IMG/VR virus record: IMGVR_UViG_3300008113_000348 | Span: 1 to 25,606 of that record | DNA length: 25,606 nucleotides | Reading direction: 5' to 3' (one strand) | Source: a virus | Taxonomy: Duplodnaviria; Caudoviricetes | Shown: positions 1 to 8,665 of the stretch, in pieces | Position numbering within the stretch: the stretch's first letter is position 1 | Layout: the number at the start of each line of letters is the position of its first letter | Made by a program: the position numbers and the translations under genes | Notes under the pieces: model-generated | Database searches by the model: none | What the model was told of the DNA's origin: nothing | The model's input: the letters and a program-made list of their open reading frames with translations, nothing else

Positions 1-3000
1 GGTGGTGGTGAACCAGATAATCAATGGGTGGCTATTGCCTATGACGTTTATCAAAACGTAGGAAGATACGTAGCCGTAGCAAGAGGATCGGCAACCTCAG
101 CATACTCCTTAGATGGAATAAACTGGACAGCAGTTTCATTGGGAGTAGTTGAAGATTGGTGTGATGTTGTAGGCGGTAACGGAACATTTGTTGCTATCGC
201 AGAAAGCGATTCAAGCACCACATGGAGATCAACATCTACTAACGGCGGTGTAACATGGACAGCAGCCACAGTAGGCACAGGATCTAAAGCAATTGCATAC
301 GGTGGCGGAAGATTCGTAACCGTGGAAGGCAACTTCTCAAATTCTGTAGCATGGTCTGCTAACGGAACAACTTGGACTGTTACTACATTGCCATCAAATG
401 ATGACTCTACAGAAAGTAACTGGCAAGATATCGCCTATGGTAACGGAAGATTCGTAGCAATTTCAGACAGTTCTGCAATGGCAGCCTACTCTTTCAATGG
501 TGCTACATGGTACAAGAGCAATTTACCAAGCACTGCAGAATGGAGTTCTATTGGATACGGACAGGGCGTGTTTTATGTAACTAGCCTTGGAGATGCTGCT
601 GCAAGTTCACCAGACGGTGTAACATGGACAGTTCGTGACGGTAGTTTCTTATCGCTAGATATCACAGCCACAAACGCTAATAGTGTAACAAGTACAGCCA
701 CAGCAAGAACATTACCTAGCAGCAGCACTTGGCAAGATGTATTATGGGATGGCACTAAGTTTGTTGCTATCGGTTATACATCAGGAACTTCATTGGGAGC
801 ATATGCAACCAGTACTGACGGTGCTACATGGACAGGTGGCACAATCGCACAGTCAGGTACTAACTGGGAATATACAGCATTAGCCTATAACGGTACAAAT
901 CAATATGTTGCACTTATCGGTGGCAACGGTGGTACCAACGACCTGGCAACCAGCACTAACGGTACTACATGGGCAACCACAGCCAACGCACTACCAGCCA
1001 ACTCGTTCTGGAAACAGGTAATTTGGGACGGTTCTAAATACGTGGCTATCAGAGCAGACAGTGCTAACATTGCTACAAGTTCTAACGGTACTACATGGGC
1101 AGGTTCTGCAGTATCTGGAGGTTCTTCAGACGCTACTAGCATTGCAGTAGGTGCTATCGGTGGTACTACTTACTATATTATTATCAGCGGCGGTTCGGGT
1201 GCTAGCCAAGCAGTTTCGCACTCTACTAACAGTGCATCAACTTGGACTACTGCAAACTCTATGCCAAGTTCCGATCTATGGAGTTCTGTAGCCTACGGTA
1301 ACAGCAGATTCGTTGCAGTAGCAGGTAACACAGCCACTACAACAACCAAAGCAGCATACTCTACCAACGGCACAACTTGGAGCGCAGCAACTATGCCAGG
1401 CGCAGCAGCACGTTGGGTTAAGATCATTCACACAGGTACTGCATTCCTAGCATTTGCTTATAACAGTACAAGAACTGCTTACTCAACTGATGGTATTACT
1501 TGGGTAGAAGGTCCTGCACAACCAAGCACTGCTAACTGGTTTACAGCAGCATCAACAGGAACTACTTCTTATACAGTAGCATCTCTGGCAACCAGCACAA
1601 CAACTACTGCTTCTAGCATGGAATTTGCTATCGGAGTTAACTGGTTAACAACATCTAGCACCACAACTAATGTTAATGTTGGTGATAGAATTAGATTTAT
1701 TAGAGATTCGTCTGGATCAGAAATATTTGGCGGAGTTAGAACCGATTCTGGTTTATATTATTTTGTAACCAGCGTCTACGATTCCACAAGATTTACAATT
1801 TCAGCAACCAGCGGAGGTTCTAATCTATCATTATCAACAGGATCGGGCAGCATGTTGGCATTGACCAGCAAGCAGTATGTTCATGCTGTTCTAGGCAATT
1901 ATGAAAGCAATCCTCGTTGGGTAATACTTGGTGCTAACTCTCAGGGTGTTTTGAATATTCGCCAAGGTGCAAAAGCCAGAAGCCGTTGTTTAGTATCTGG
2001 TGAGGGATTAATCACTGAAGTTTGGATACATGAGCCAGGATCTGGTTATGTAACTGAACCAACATTGACTATCACAGATCCTAACAATACTGGAGCAGAT
2101 GCTGCTACACAAGTTAGGATTGGTAATGGTGTAATTGCCCAACCTACATTTACTAATAGAGGTAATAACTATACTGCTGCCGCAGCAGAAGTCACAGGTA
2201 ACGGCTATGCAGATAATTATCAAACTACAGCATTTGTGGCATTCAAGAATTTCACTGGAATTCCTAAAGCAGGTTCCAACGTGCAAATCGCTGGAATTGA
2301 CGATATCTATTACAGATTAGTTAACGTTACAGGACTATTACCCAATTCAGACGGCACTTATAATGCTACACTGCAATTAAGTCCTGCACTCGGTGCTGCT
2401 GAATCGCCAGAACATAATACTGCTGTAAATATTCGCAGACGTTATTCACAGGTTCGATTAACAGGACACGATTTCTTGGATATCGGTACTGGTAATTTCA
2501 CAGAATCTAATTATCCAGGACTACCGTTAAATGATCCGATACCTGCTAACGAAACAGTTGGCCAGGGCGGCGGACGAGTATTCTATACTTCAACTGACCA
2601 AGACGGTAACTTTAGAGTTGGTGGATTGTTCAACGTTGAGCAGAGTACTGGTGTTGCAACATTGAATGCCGATGCATTTAATATTGCAGGATTGAACGAA
2701 TTGTCTCTAGGTTCTGTGGCGCTAGGCGGAAGCGGTGCTACTATTTCAGAATTCAGTACAGATCCGTTCTTTACACAAGATTCAGATACAGTGATACCTA
2801 CACAGCGAGCGATCAAGGCCTATATTACTAGCCAGATCGGTGGTGGTGGATCAAGTCTAAACGTAAACACCCTAACAGCAGGTGTGATTTACGTGGCAGG
2901 ACAGTCCATTAGCACAACTACAAATGTTCAAATTAACATAAATAGTAAGGTAAACTTCAAAGGCGGTATAGCGGGTGATGCCCTTGTGTTAAATTACTTT

Positions 3001-3015
3001 TTACAAGCAAATTGA
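1..3015 (+). CDS. Large virion structural / tail-fibre-like protein with BNR/Asp-box-type beta-propeller repeats (5' truncated by window)
   Basis: Frame is open from base 1 (GGGEPDNQWVAIAY...), so the GTG at 28 is internal. Many SxNGxTW/SxDGxTW and (I/V)AYGNxRFVA repeats, Ser/Thr/Gly-rich. C-terminal YSQVRLTGHDFLDIGTGNF...GGRVFYTSTDQDGNFRVG resembles large T4-like phage structural proteins. Confidence 0.75.
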   Translation, partial: GGGEPDNQWVAIAYDVYQNVGRYVAVARGSATSAYSLDGINWTAVSLGVVEDWCDVVGGNGTFVAIAESDSSTTWRSTSTNGGVTWTAATVGTGSKAIAYGGGRFVTVEGNFSNSVAWSANGTTWTVTTLPSNDDSTESNWQDIAYGNGRFVAISDSSAMAAYSFNGATWYKSNLPSTAEWSSIGYGQGVFYVTSLGDAAASSPDGVTWTVRDGSFLSLDITATNANSVTSTATARTLPSSSTWQDVLWDGTKFVAIGYTSGTSLGAYATSTDGATWTGGTIAQSGTNWEYTALAYNGTNQYVALIGGNGGTNDLATSTNGTTWATTANALPANSFWKQVIWDGSKYVAIRADSANIATSSNGTTWAGSAVSGGSSDATSIAVGAIGGTTYYIIISGGSGASQAVSHSTNSASTWTTANSMPSSDLWSSVAYGNSRFVAVAGNTATTTTKAAYSTNGTTWSAATMPGAAARWVKIIHTGTAFLAFAYNSTRTAYSTDGITWVEGPAQPSTANWFTAASTGTTSYTVASLATSTTTTASSMEFAIGVNWLTTSSTTTNVNVGDRIRFIRDSSGSEIFGGVRTDSGLYYFVTSVYDSTRFTISATSGGSNLSLSTGSGSMLALTSKQYVHAVLGNYESNPRWVILGANSQGVLNIRQGAKARSRCLVSGEGLITEVWIHEPGSGYVTEPTLTITDPNNTGADAATQVRIGNGVIAQPTFTNRGNNYTAAAAEVTGNGYADNYQTTAFVAFKNFTGIPKAGSNVQIAGIDDIYYRLVNVTGLLPNSDGTYNATLQLSPALGAAESPEHNTAVNIRRRYSQVRLTGHDFLDIGTGNFTESNYPGLPLNDPIPANETVGQGGGRVFYTSTDQDGNFRVGGLFNVEQSTGVATLNADAFNIAGLNELSLGSVALGGSGATISEFSTDPFFTQDSDTVIPTQRAIKAYITSQIGGGGSSLNVNTLTAGVIYVAGQSISTTTNVQININSKVNFKGGIAGDALVLNYFLQAN

Positions 3016-3026
3016 TGGAGAAATAA

Positions 3027-3347
3027 ATGGCTACAGGATTATTAGGTCAATCAGCATTAGCAGCAGCGACGAACACAACGGTGTACACCGTGCCTGCCAC
3101 TACTTTTACGGTTTTGAGTATAAACGTTTTAAACCGCGGATCAACAGCAGTTGCAGTGAGAGTCGCTCTTGCCGCAACCGGTACACCAACTAACGCAGAG
3201 TACATTGAATTTGATGTTCAAGTCGGTTCTAACGGAGTGTTAGAAAGAACAGGTATTATGATGGATTCTGGCAAACGTCTCGTAGTGTACGCCAGCAATG
3301 CCAACGTGTCAGTGAATGCGTTTGGCATAGAGACTTCAACAGTATAA
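3027..3347 (+). CDS. Small beta-rich virion structural protein (106 aa)
   Basis: GGAG RBS upstream; TTVYTVPA...N(R)...V...L...G(I)E pattern typical of small phage fibre-associated proteins; sits in the structural operon. Confidence 0.6.
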   Translation: MATGLLGQSALAAATNTTVYTVPATTFTVLSINVLNRGSTAVAVRVALAATGTPTNAEYIEFDVQVGSNGVLERTGIMMDSGKRLVVYASNANVSVNAFGIETSTV

Positions 3348-3360
3348 TTAGGAGAACAAA

Positions 3361-3687
3361 ATGGGACGACAAGTATCATCCTTTGGAACCGATGCAGTAT
3401 CAAACAGAACCGTAACAAGTACTGGTAACGTTACTGCTGGCGAAAGAATTTTCGCTAACGCAACAGGAGGAGCATTTACCCTAACTCTGCCAGGATCACC
3501 AGTAGAAGGTGATACCATCCAAATTATCGACGTTGCCGGTATTTTTTCAACAAATAACGTAACGATCGCTAGAAATGGACAAAAGATTCAGAACCTAAAC
3601 GAGAATTTAGTTTTAGATATGAATAATGCAGCAGTTACAATGATTTATTCGGGTGCTACCTTCGGTTGGGTATTCATCGGACCATAA
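3361..3687 (+). CDS. Stand-alone domain resembling the N-terminal repeat of T4 gp34 long tail fibre proximal subunit (108 aa)
   Basis: AGGAG RBS; motif FTLTLPGSPVEGDTIQIIDVAGIFSTNNVTIARNGQKI...LVLDMNNAAVTMIY...GW. Confidence 0.65.
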   Translation: MGRQVSSFGTDAVSNRTVTSTGNVTAGERIFANATGGAFTLTLPGSPVEGDTIQIIDVAGIFSTNNVTIARNGQKIQNLNENLVLDMNNAAVTMIYSGATFGWVFIGP

Positions 3688-3699
3688 TAGGAAAATAAA

Positions 3700-4719
3700 A
3701 TGGCAAGACTTACTGATCTACTATCCACTAGGGAGATCATGGCCAACCAGCAGAATCTGGAAAAGGGCCGGGTATTCACCGTTACCCCTAGTACAATGTA
3801 TACCTGTATCCGAGACGATACTAACTGGTGTTGGACATCTCCCGGATGCGGAATTTTAGAAATTGAAATGTGGGGAGCAGCGGGCGGTGGATCTCGTATG
3901 TGTTGCTGTGGCGGCGGTTTACCAGGTAATGCTCCCGGTTATACAAGAAAATGTATGGCGGTATTCTGCAATACAGCAATTTGCGCATGCCCAGGAATGG
4001 CCTGTAATGCGCACGATCTATGCTTTAGCGGTTGCGGATTACCATCTTACTTGAGATGGTGTAATGCTCGAGACCTGTGTGGATACAGCAACGGCTGTAT
4101 GTGTGCTCAAGGTGGACGCGGAGGTACATCATTTTGCTCAACATCAACATCTGTCTACTGCTGTTTCGTAGCAGGCGGATTCTGCCACACACTGTTTGCT
4201 AACAGTTGCGGTATTGTATGTAATCAATGCCCAGGCGCCTGGATTGGTTGCGGTTATGGTGGTGACACTAACTGCTGCGGATGTATCAGTTACATGCACT
4301 TCTTCTGCAACTCAGGTAATCCTCGTCCCTGTTACATACACCAATTCGTTGCATATGCACCAGGCGTATTCAGCGATCAAGGTGGTGTCATAGCATCTAT
4401 GGCAGAAGAAGATCCAGAATTTACACAATGGAGCGGTACAGGATTATTGCAACATCAATATGCTCAAAATGCTCTAAGCAGATCTCCAGTCAGCGGTATA
4501 TCATGGGTGACCTGCTACGCAAGTTCACAGAGTTGCGGTTGCTATGAAATGTATGGATGTATGCCGTTTAACTCTTATGGTGTAGGTGGACTTCCATCAT
4601 ATCCATGTCCAGATGTTAGAGATCACGGTAAGCGTGGTGGACACGGTGCTATTAGGTTAACTTATAGAGGATCAAATATCTATGGTCAGAACTGTGCTAG
4701 ACTAGGAGGCTCGTACTAA
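3700..4719 (+). CDS. Cys/Gly-rich protein, paralogue 1 (putative fibre tip or virion protein)
   Basis: About 36 Cys in 339 aa by hand count. Shares NLEKGR, WG(A/S)xGxGxxMCCCGxGLPGN, CxQGGRGG, CGCY(E/D)xxGCM and PCPxVRD motifs with the next two ORFs. Confidence 0.75.
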   Translation: MARLTDLLSTREIMANQQNLEKGRVFTVTPSTMYTCIRDDTNWCWTSPGCGILEIEMWGAAGGGSRMCCCGGGLPGNAPGYTRKCMAVFCNTAICACPGMACNAHDLCFSGCGLPSYLRWCNARDLCGYSNGCMCAQGGRGGTSFCSTSTSVYCCFVAGGFCHTLFANSCGIVCNQCPGAWIGCGYGGDTNCCGCISYMHFFCNSGNPRPCYIHQFVAYAPGVFSDQGGVIASMAEEDPEFTQWSGTGLLQHQYAQNALSRSPVSGISWVTCYASSQSCGCYEMYGCMPFNSYGVGGLPSYPCPDVRDHGKRGGHGAIRLTYRGSNIYGQNCARLGGSY

Positions 4720-4720
4720 A

Positions 4721-5947
4721 ATGGCAAAATTATCAAATCTACTAGGAAACAGAGATCTGGCTTTTGAGGATAATCTTGAAAAAGGTCGTATCTGGGTCTA
4801 TCACGAAGGAACTATGTATACTTCCTTCTGTAACGGATTCTGTTGGAGAGCGCCTGGCAACGGTCTAGTACAGATCGACATGTGGGGTGCTGCAGGTTCA
4901 GGAGCACAGATGTGCTGCTGCGGTGCAGGACTTCCAGGTAACGCACCTGCTTATGTAAGAAAATGTATATGTGTAACCTCGGGAAATTATGTCTGTGGTT
5001 ACATTGGTCGTTCATGTAACAACTCATCAGCACTGTGTTTCAGAGGTTGCTCTGAGGCAACCTGTGTATGCTGGTTTGGCTGTTCACATAACAATTTGAA
5101 TGAAGGCGGCCAACTTTGGAATGAATATGACGAACGGATTCCATCTAACCCGTGGGGTTGGGGCAGCCAAGGTGCAGACCCAATATCTCAAGTCGACGGA
5201 CAAATTGAAGGTCGTGGCGATCGCAGTAATTTGCTAGGAGCAAATCAAGGTTGCTGCTGCTGTAATACAGGACAATGCTGTACAGCAGGTAGATTCAGCG
5301 GTAACTTTACTAGAGGTTGCTTATGTGCTCAAGGCGGTAGAGGCGGTATCAGTTACTGTATAGATACTAGATCACCTTACTCATGTTTTAGAACAGGCTA
5401 TTTCTGCGGTACAGGTACAGGCCCTGCTCATAACATGTGTGACACAGGTAACTCGGCCTGCGGTATAATCTGTAATTGGTGTCAGAACGGATTCAACGTG
5501 GCCTGTGGCTATGGTGGAGATATCAACTGCTGCGGTTTATGGAGTTGCACATCGTTCCACGCATGTTTACAAACTTGCCCATGCATGTATCAATATCACG
5601 TACCTACTGCTGCTGGATTGTTTGCAGAAGATGGTGGTCAGTTTACTTACACCACATACAGTGACGGTTCTCCTCAGGGAGATTGGTCAGGCGCTCCGTT
5701 GGCAGCACAGTTTAATGCACTGAAATCGCTAAGCCGCTGGCCTAGCCATCAAGAGCATTATACATGTTGGAATAACCAAAGATCATGCGGCTGCTATGAA
5801 ATGCAAGGTTGTATGAACTTTATGCCTGTAGGTGTACCAGGGTCAGCACCACATCCATGTCCTAGCGTTCGCGATCATGCTGGTCGCGGTGGACTAGGTG
5901 CTGTGCGTGTTAAATTTATTCCTGCTACTGGTGTGAGTTCTTACTAA
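4721..5947 (+). CDS. Cys/Gly-rich protein, paralogue 2 (internal insertion containing CCCC)
   Basis: About 41 Cys in 408 aa; same motif set; starts 1 nt after the previous stop codon. Confidence 0.75.
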   Translation: MAKLSNLLGNRDLAFEDNLEKGRIWVYHEGTMYTSFCNGFCWRAPGNGLVQIDMWGAAGSGAQMCCCGAGLPGNAPAYVRKCICVTSGNYVCGYIGRSCNNSSALCFRGCSEATCVCWFGCSHNNLNEGGQLWNEYDERIPSNPWGWGSQGADPISQVDGQIEGRGDRSNLLGANQGCCCCNTGQCCTAGRFSGNFTRGCLCAQGGRGGISYCIDTRSPYSCFRTGYFCGTGTGPAHNMCDTGNSACGIICNWCQNGFNVACGYGGDINCCGLWSCTSFHACLQTCPCMYQYHVPTAAGLFAEDGGQFTYTTYSDGSPQGDWSGAPLAAQFNALKSLSRWPSHQEHYTCWNNQRSCGCYEMQGCMNFMPVGVPGSAPHPCPSVRDHAGRGGLGAVRVKFIPATGVSSY

Positions 5948-6000
5948 CATGGATAAATTAATAGAAATGACAATAATCACAGGAGGCGAGTCGTAATAAC

Positions 6001-6996
6001 ATGGCCAACTTAAGAACATTAGTAGAACAAAAATTAGACCAGATTAACTACGACGAGTATAATCTGGAAAAAGGCCGCGTGTGGGCTTATACTCCGGGCA
6101 CAGAATACAATAACTTTGTTAACGGATTTTGTTGGATCGCTTGCTGTACAGGAAAAGTGATTCTCGACGTTTGGGGTTCGGGCGGTAGCGGTGCTAGAAT
6201 GTGCTGCTGCGGAATGGGACTTCCAGGAAACCCAGGCGCCTATTCAAGAAAATGCCTTTGCGTAAACGCAGGAGATTTTGTCTGCGGTTACATAGGAAAA
6301 TCTTGCAATAACGCTGACGCACTCTGTTTCAGAGGCTGTTCAGAAGCCACCTGCGTATGTTGGTTCGGACGTAATCAAAATACAGGTGTTGCCATTAATG
6401 GCTGTATCTGTACACAAGGCGGGCGCGGCGGTACAACATTCTGCTCCACAGGCACAGGCGGATATTGCTGCTTTACAGCCAGCAACTTCTGTAACACCAA
6501 CTTTGGTGGATCACAGGGTATGATCTGTAATTTTGGTTCAGGCACAGGTTCTTGCTGTGCAGAAGCCTACGGCGGAGATATCAACAAGCGTGGCGGATTT
6601 AGTTGCGCTACATTCTGGGGAACCAACGGCAGTTCATGCCCATGCGCCACACATTATCACGTTGGCGTTCCGCCAGGAATGTTTGCCTGCGACGGCGGCG
6701 TGGTTACATATACAACAGAGGGTGACACAGGATTTTCAGAGTGGAGTGGTATGGGATTCCATCAATTTACTTCCTCACTGAACGCTATGAGTCGTTCTCC
6801 TGCTAGAGGTATTCCTTGGACTGCCTGTTACTCACAGCATACACGAGCCTGCGGCTGCTATGATGTTACTGGATGTATGCCATTTATTCCACCAGGTATA
6901 GGCGGTTTACCAGCACAGCCATGTCCAGATGTCAGAGACAACGGTTATAGGGGCGGATTGGGATTAGTAAGAATTAACTTTATTGAGAGGGCATAA
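6001..6996 (+). CDS. Cys/Gly-rich protein, paralogue 3
   Basis: About 32 Cys in 331 aa; same motif set; ALCFRGCSEATCVCWFG is identical to paralogue 2. Confidence 0.75.
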   Translation: MANLRTLVEQKLDQINYDEYNLEKGRVWAYTPGTEYNNFVNGFCWIACCTGKVILDVWGSGGSGARMCCCGMGLPGNPGAYSRKCLCVNAGDFVCGYIGKSCNNADALCFRGCSEATCVCWFGRNQNTGVAINGCICTQGGRGGTTFCSTGTGGYCCFTASNFCNTNFGGSQGMICNFGSGTGSCCAEAYGGDINKRGGFSCATFWGTNGSSCPCATHYHVGVPPGMFACDGGVVTYTTEGDTGFSEWSGMGFHQFTSSLNAMSRSPARGIPWTACYSQHTRACGCYDVTGCMPFIPPGIGGLPAQPCPDVRDNGYRGGLGLVRINFIERA

Positions 6997-7640
6997 TGAG
7001 AAAAGCATTTAAGGCGGTTCTTCCAGACGAACCATATAAGACAACTACTAAAAAGAATATCACTGTAGATTGTATCTATACCGGCAGACGTTTCCTGTTG
7101 ATCCGTTTAAATGGAGATGGTACCGTATTTGCTCTAGAAAGGCAAGCGGATACAGAAGCAGAATTAGAGCCATTTAAAATGGCTCCTGAGCATCTAGCAC
7201 TAGATGGAGATACTTTTCAAATTGTAATGGATGCAGAAGTTAATACTTGGGAAGCAGCACATATTACTCATGAGTATGAACATGGAGAAGTTGCAAACTA
7301 CAAGGAAACTTTGCCCACTGGAGAAGTCTATGAATATACCTATGACGATTTCCAAGGAGCCTTAGATCAGCCATTTTATGTCAATGATATGCGCTACGAC
7401 ATTCCAACTAAAACTTGGATACGTCCTCGATACAGAGTTCACGCTGTAACAAGACAAGATTTTTTTGCAGGCATGGCTGTTAATGCTAGAGTATTCAAAG
7501 AAGCCTATGAGAGTGGAAAATATCTTGCCCAAGATTTGGAAAAAATCAAAACCTACTACGAGTTTTGCCAATCTTTACCAACCAAATACGCCAATGTAGA
7601 TCATTGGAAGATTGGTTGCCTTCCACAGCCTACACTGTAA
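6996..7640 (+). CDS. Hypothetical protein (214 aa), possible assembly chaperone of the Cys-rich proteins
   Basis: TAATG stop/start overlap with paralogue 3; charged, soluble-type composition; lies directly downstream of fibre-like genes. Function is inferred from position only. Confidence 0.5.
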   Translation: MRKAFKAVLPDEPYKTTTKKNITVDCIYTGRRFLLIRLNGDGTVFALERQADTEAELEPFKMAPEHLALDGDTFQIVMDAEVNTWEAAHITHEYEHGEVANYKETLPTGEVYEYTYDDFQGALDQPFYVNDMRYDIPTKTWIRPRYRVHAVTRQDFFAGMAVNARVFKEAYESGKYLAQDLEKIKTYYEFCQSLPTKYANVDHWKIGCLPQPTL

Positions 7641-7654
7641 TTAATTTTTAAACC

Positions 7655-7711
7655 AAGAAAGGCCTTGTGCTTATATCCGAGAGGATATATAATGCGTACA
7701 AGGCCTTTCTT
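7655..7711 (+). promoter_or_regulatory. Long hairpin containing a sigma70-type promoter
   Basis: Perfect 14-bp inverted repeat AAGAAAGGCCTTGT (7655-7668) / ACAAGGCCTTTCTT (7698-7711), with inner stem TATATCC-GAGA-GGATATA (7672-7689). TTGTGC (7665-7670), 17-bp spacer, TATAAT (7688-7693). Confidence 0.7.
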
Positions 7712-7723
7712 ATTGGAGTTTAA

Positions 7724-8665
7724 ATGACAAGATCCAAAGCATTTTTTGTAAACGGCGGTGCCGGACGTATGATTACATCTGTACCTGCTTTTGAAAAATA
7801 CGAACAAGAATCTGAAGATAAAGATTTTATTATCGTCTGCGAAGGCGGCACAGACGTATTTAAAGGACATCCGACCTTAGATTCTAAAACCTATGATGTG
7901 TGGCATAAAGGGTTATTCAAAGATTATCTAAAAAATAGAGAAATCGTAACCACCGAACCTTATAGAATTTGGGAATATTATAATCAACAATGTTCAATTG
8001 CACAGGCATTTGACATACAGATCAACAACAAGGGTATTAGAGAATTACCTAAACCTACATTGCGCTTGAGCAAAGATGAATTATTGAATGGCCGGCAGGT
8101 TGTTACTCAGGTTAAACAAAAATTAAAAAAAGAAAAACTCGTAGTTCTTCAACCGTTTGGTAGAGGTATTGAATATATCGACGAAACGTTGGTAGATAGA
8201 ACTGCTAGAAGTTTTGAATTAAAAGATACTAAACAGATAATTAAAAAATTACAGGAAAATGGATTTGCTGTAATATTAATGAGCGAATTTAAGATTGACA
8301 TGATCGATGCCAAACTCAAAGACGAAGTGGCCATGCCAGAAAATGTGTCATTTAGAATATGGGCTGCTATTATCAAATACGCAGATCATTTCTTGGGTTG
8401 CGACAGTCTAGGACAACATCTGTCTTATATCATGGAAACTCCAAGCACTGTGGTCACAGGATCTACCTATCCTATCAACGTTTCTTATCCTGATTGCAAA
8501 TATTTTGACATACTAGATATGGGAGAGGTAAGTAGAGAGTACAGTCCTATTAGGATTTTACCAGATGAACGAGTTGATAGATTGAACGAAAATATCATGA
8601 CAATGAATGACGACATTACTACACTTATTGTAAATCACGTTTTAGGGAAAAAAGATGACAGTTAA
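7724..8665 (+). CDS. GT-B fold glycosyltransferase, GT9 (ADP-heptosyltransferase)-like
   Basis: N-terminal FFVNGGAGRMITSVPA, middle P-x-L-x-L...LVVLQPFG, C-terminal AAIIKYADHFLGCDSLGQHL...PSTVVTGST; this matches the GT9 layout (D-S/T-x-x-x-H-L-A). Confidence 0.65.
   Translation: MTRSKAFFVNGGAGRMITSVPAFEKYEQESEDKDFIIVCEGGTDVFKGHPTLDSKTYDVWHKGLFKDYLKNREIVTTEPYRIWEYYNQQCSIAQAFDIQINNKGIRELPKPTLRLSKDELLNGRQVVTQVKQKLKKEKLVVLQPFGRGIEYIDETLVDRTARSFELKDTKQIIKKLQENGFAVILMSEFKIDMIDAKLKDEVAMPENVSFRIWAAIIKYADHFLGCDSLGQHLSYIMETPSTVVTGSTYPINVSYPDCKYFDILDMGEVSREYSPIRILPDERVDRLNENIMTMNDDITTLIVNHVLGKKDDS

Noticed and set aside
3700-6996. Diversity-generating retroelement (TR/VR) explanation for the paralogue similarity
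   Set aside because: Differences are mostly synonymous and not adenine-specific, I saw no near-identical ~100-bp repeat, and there is no reverse transcriptase in the window.
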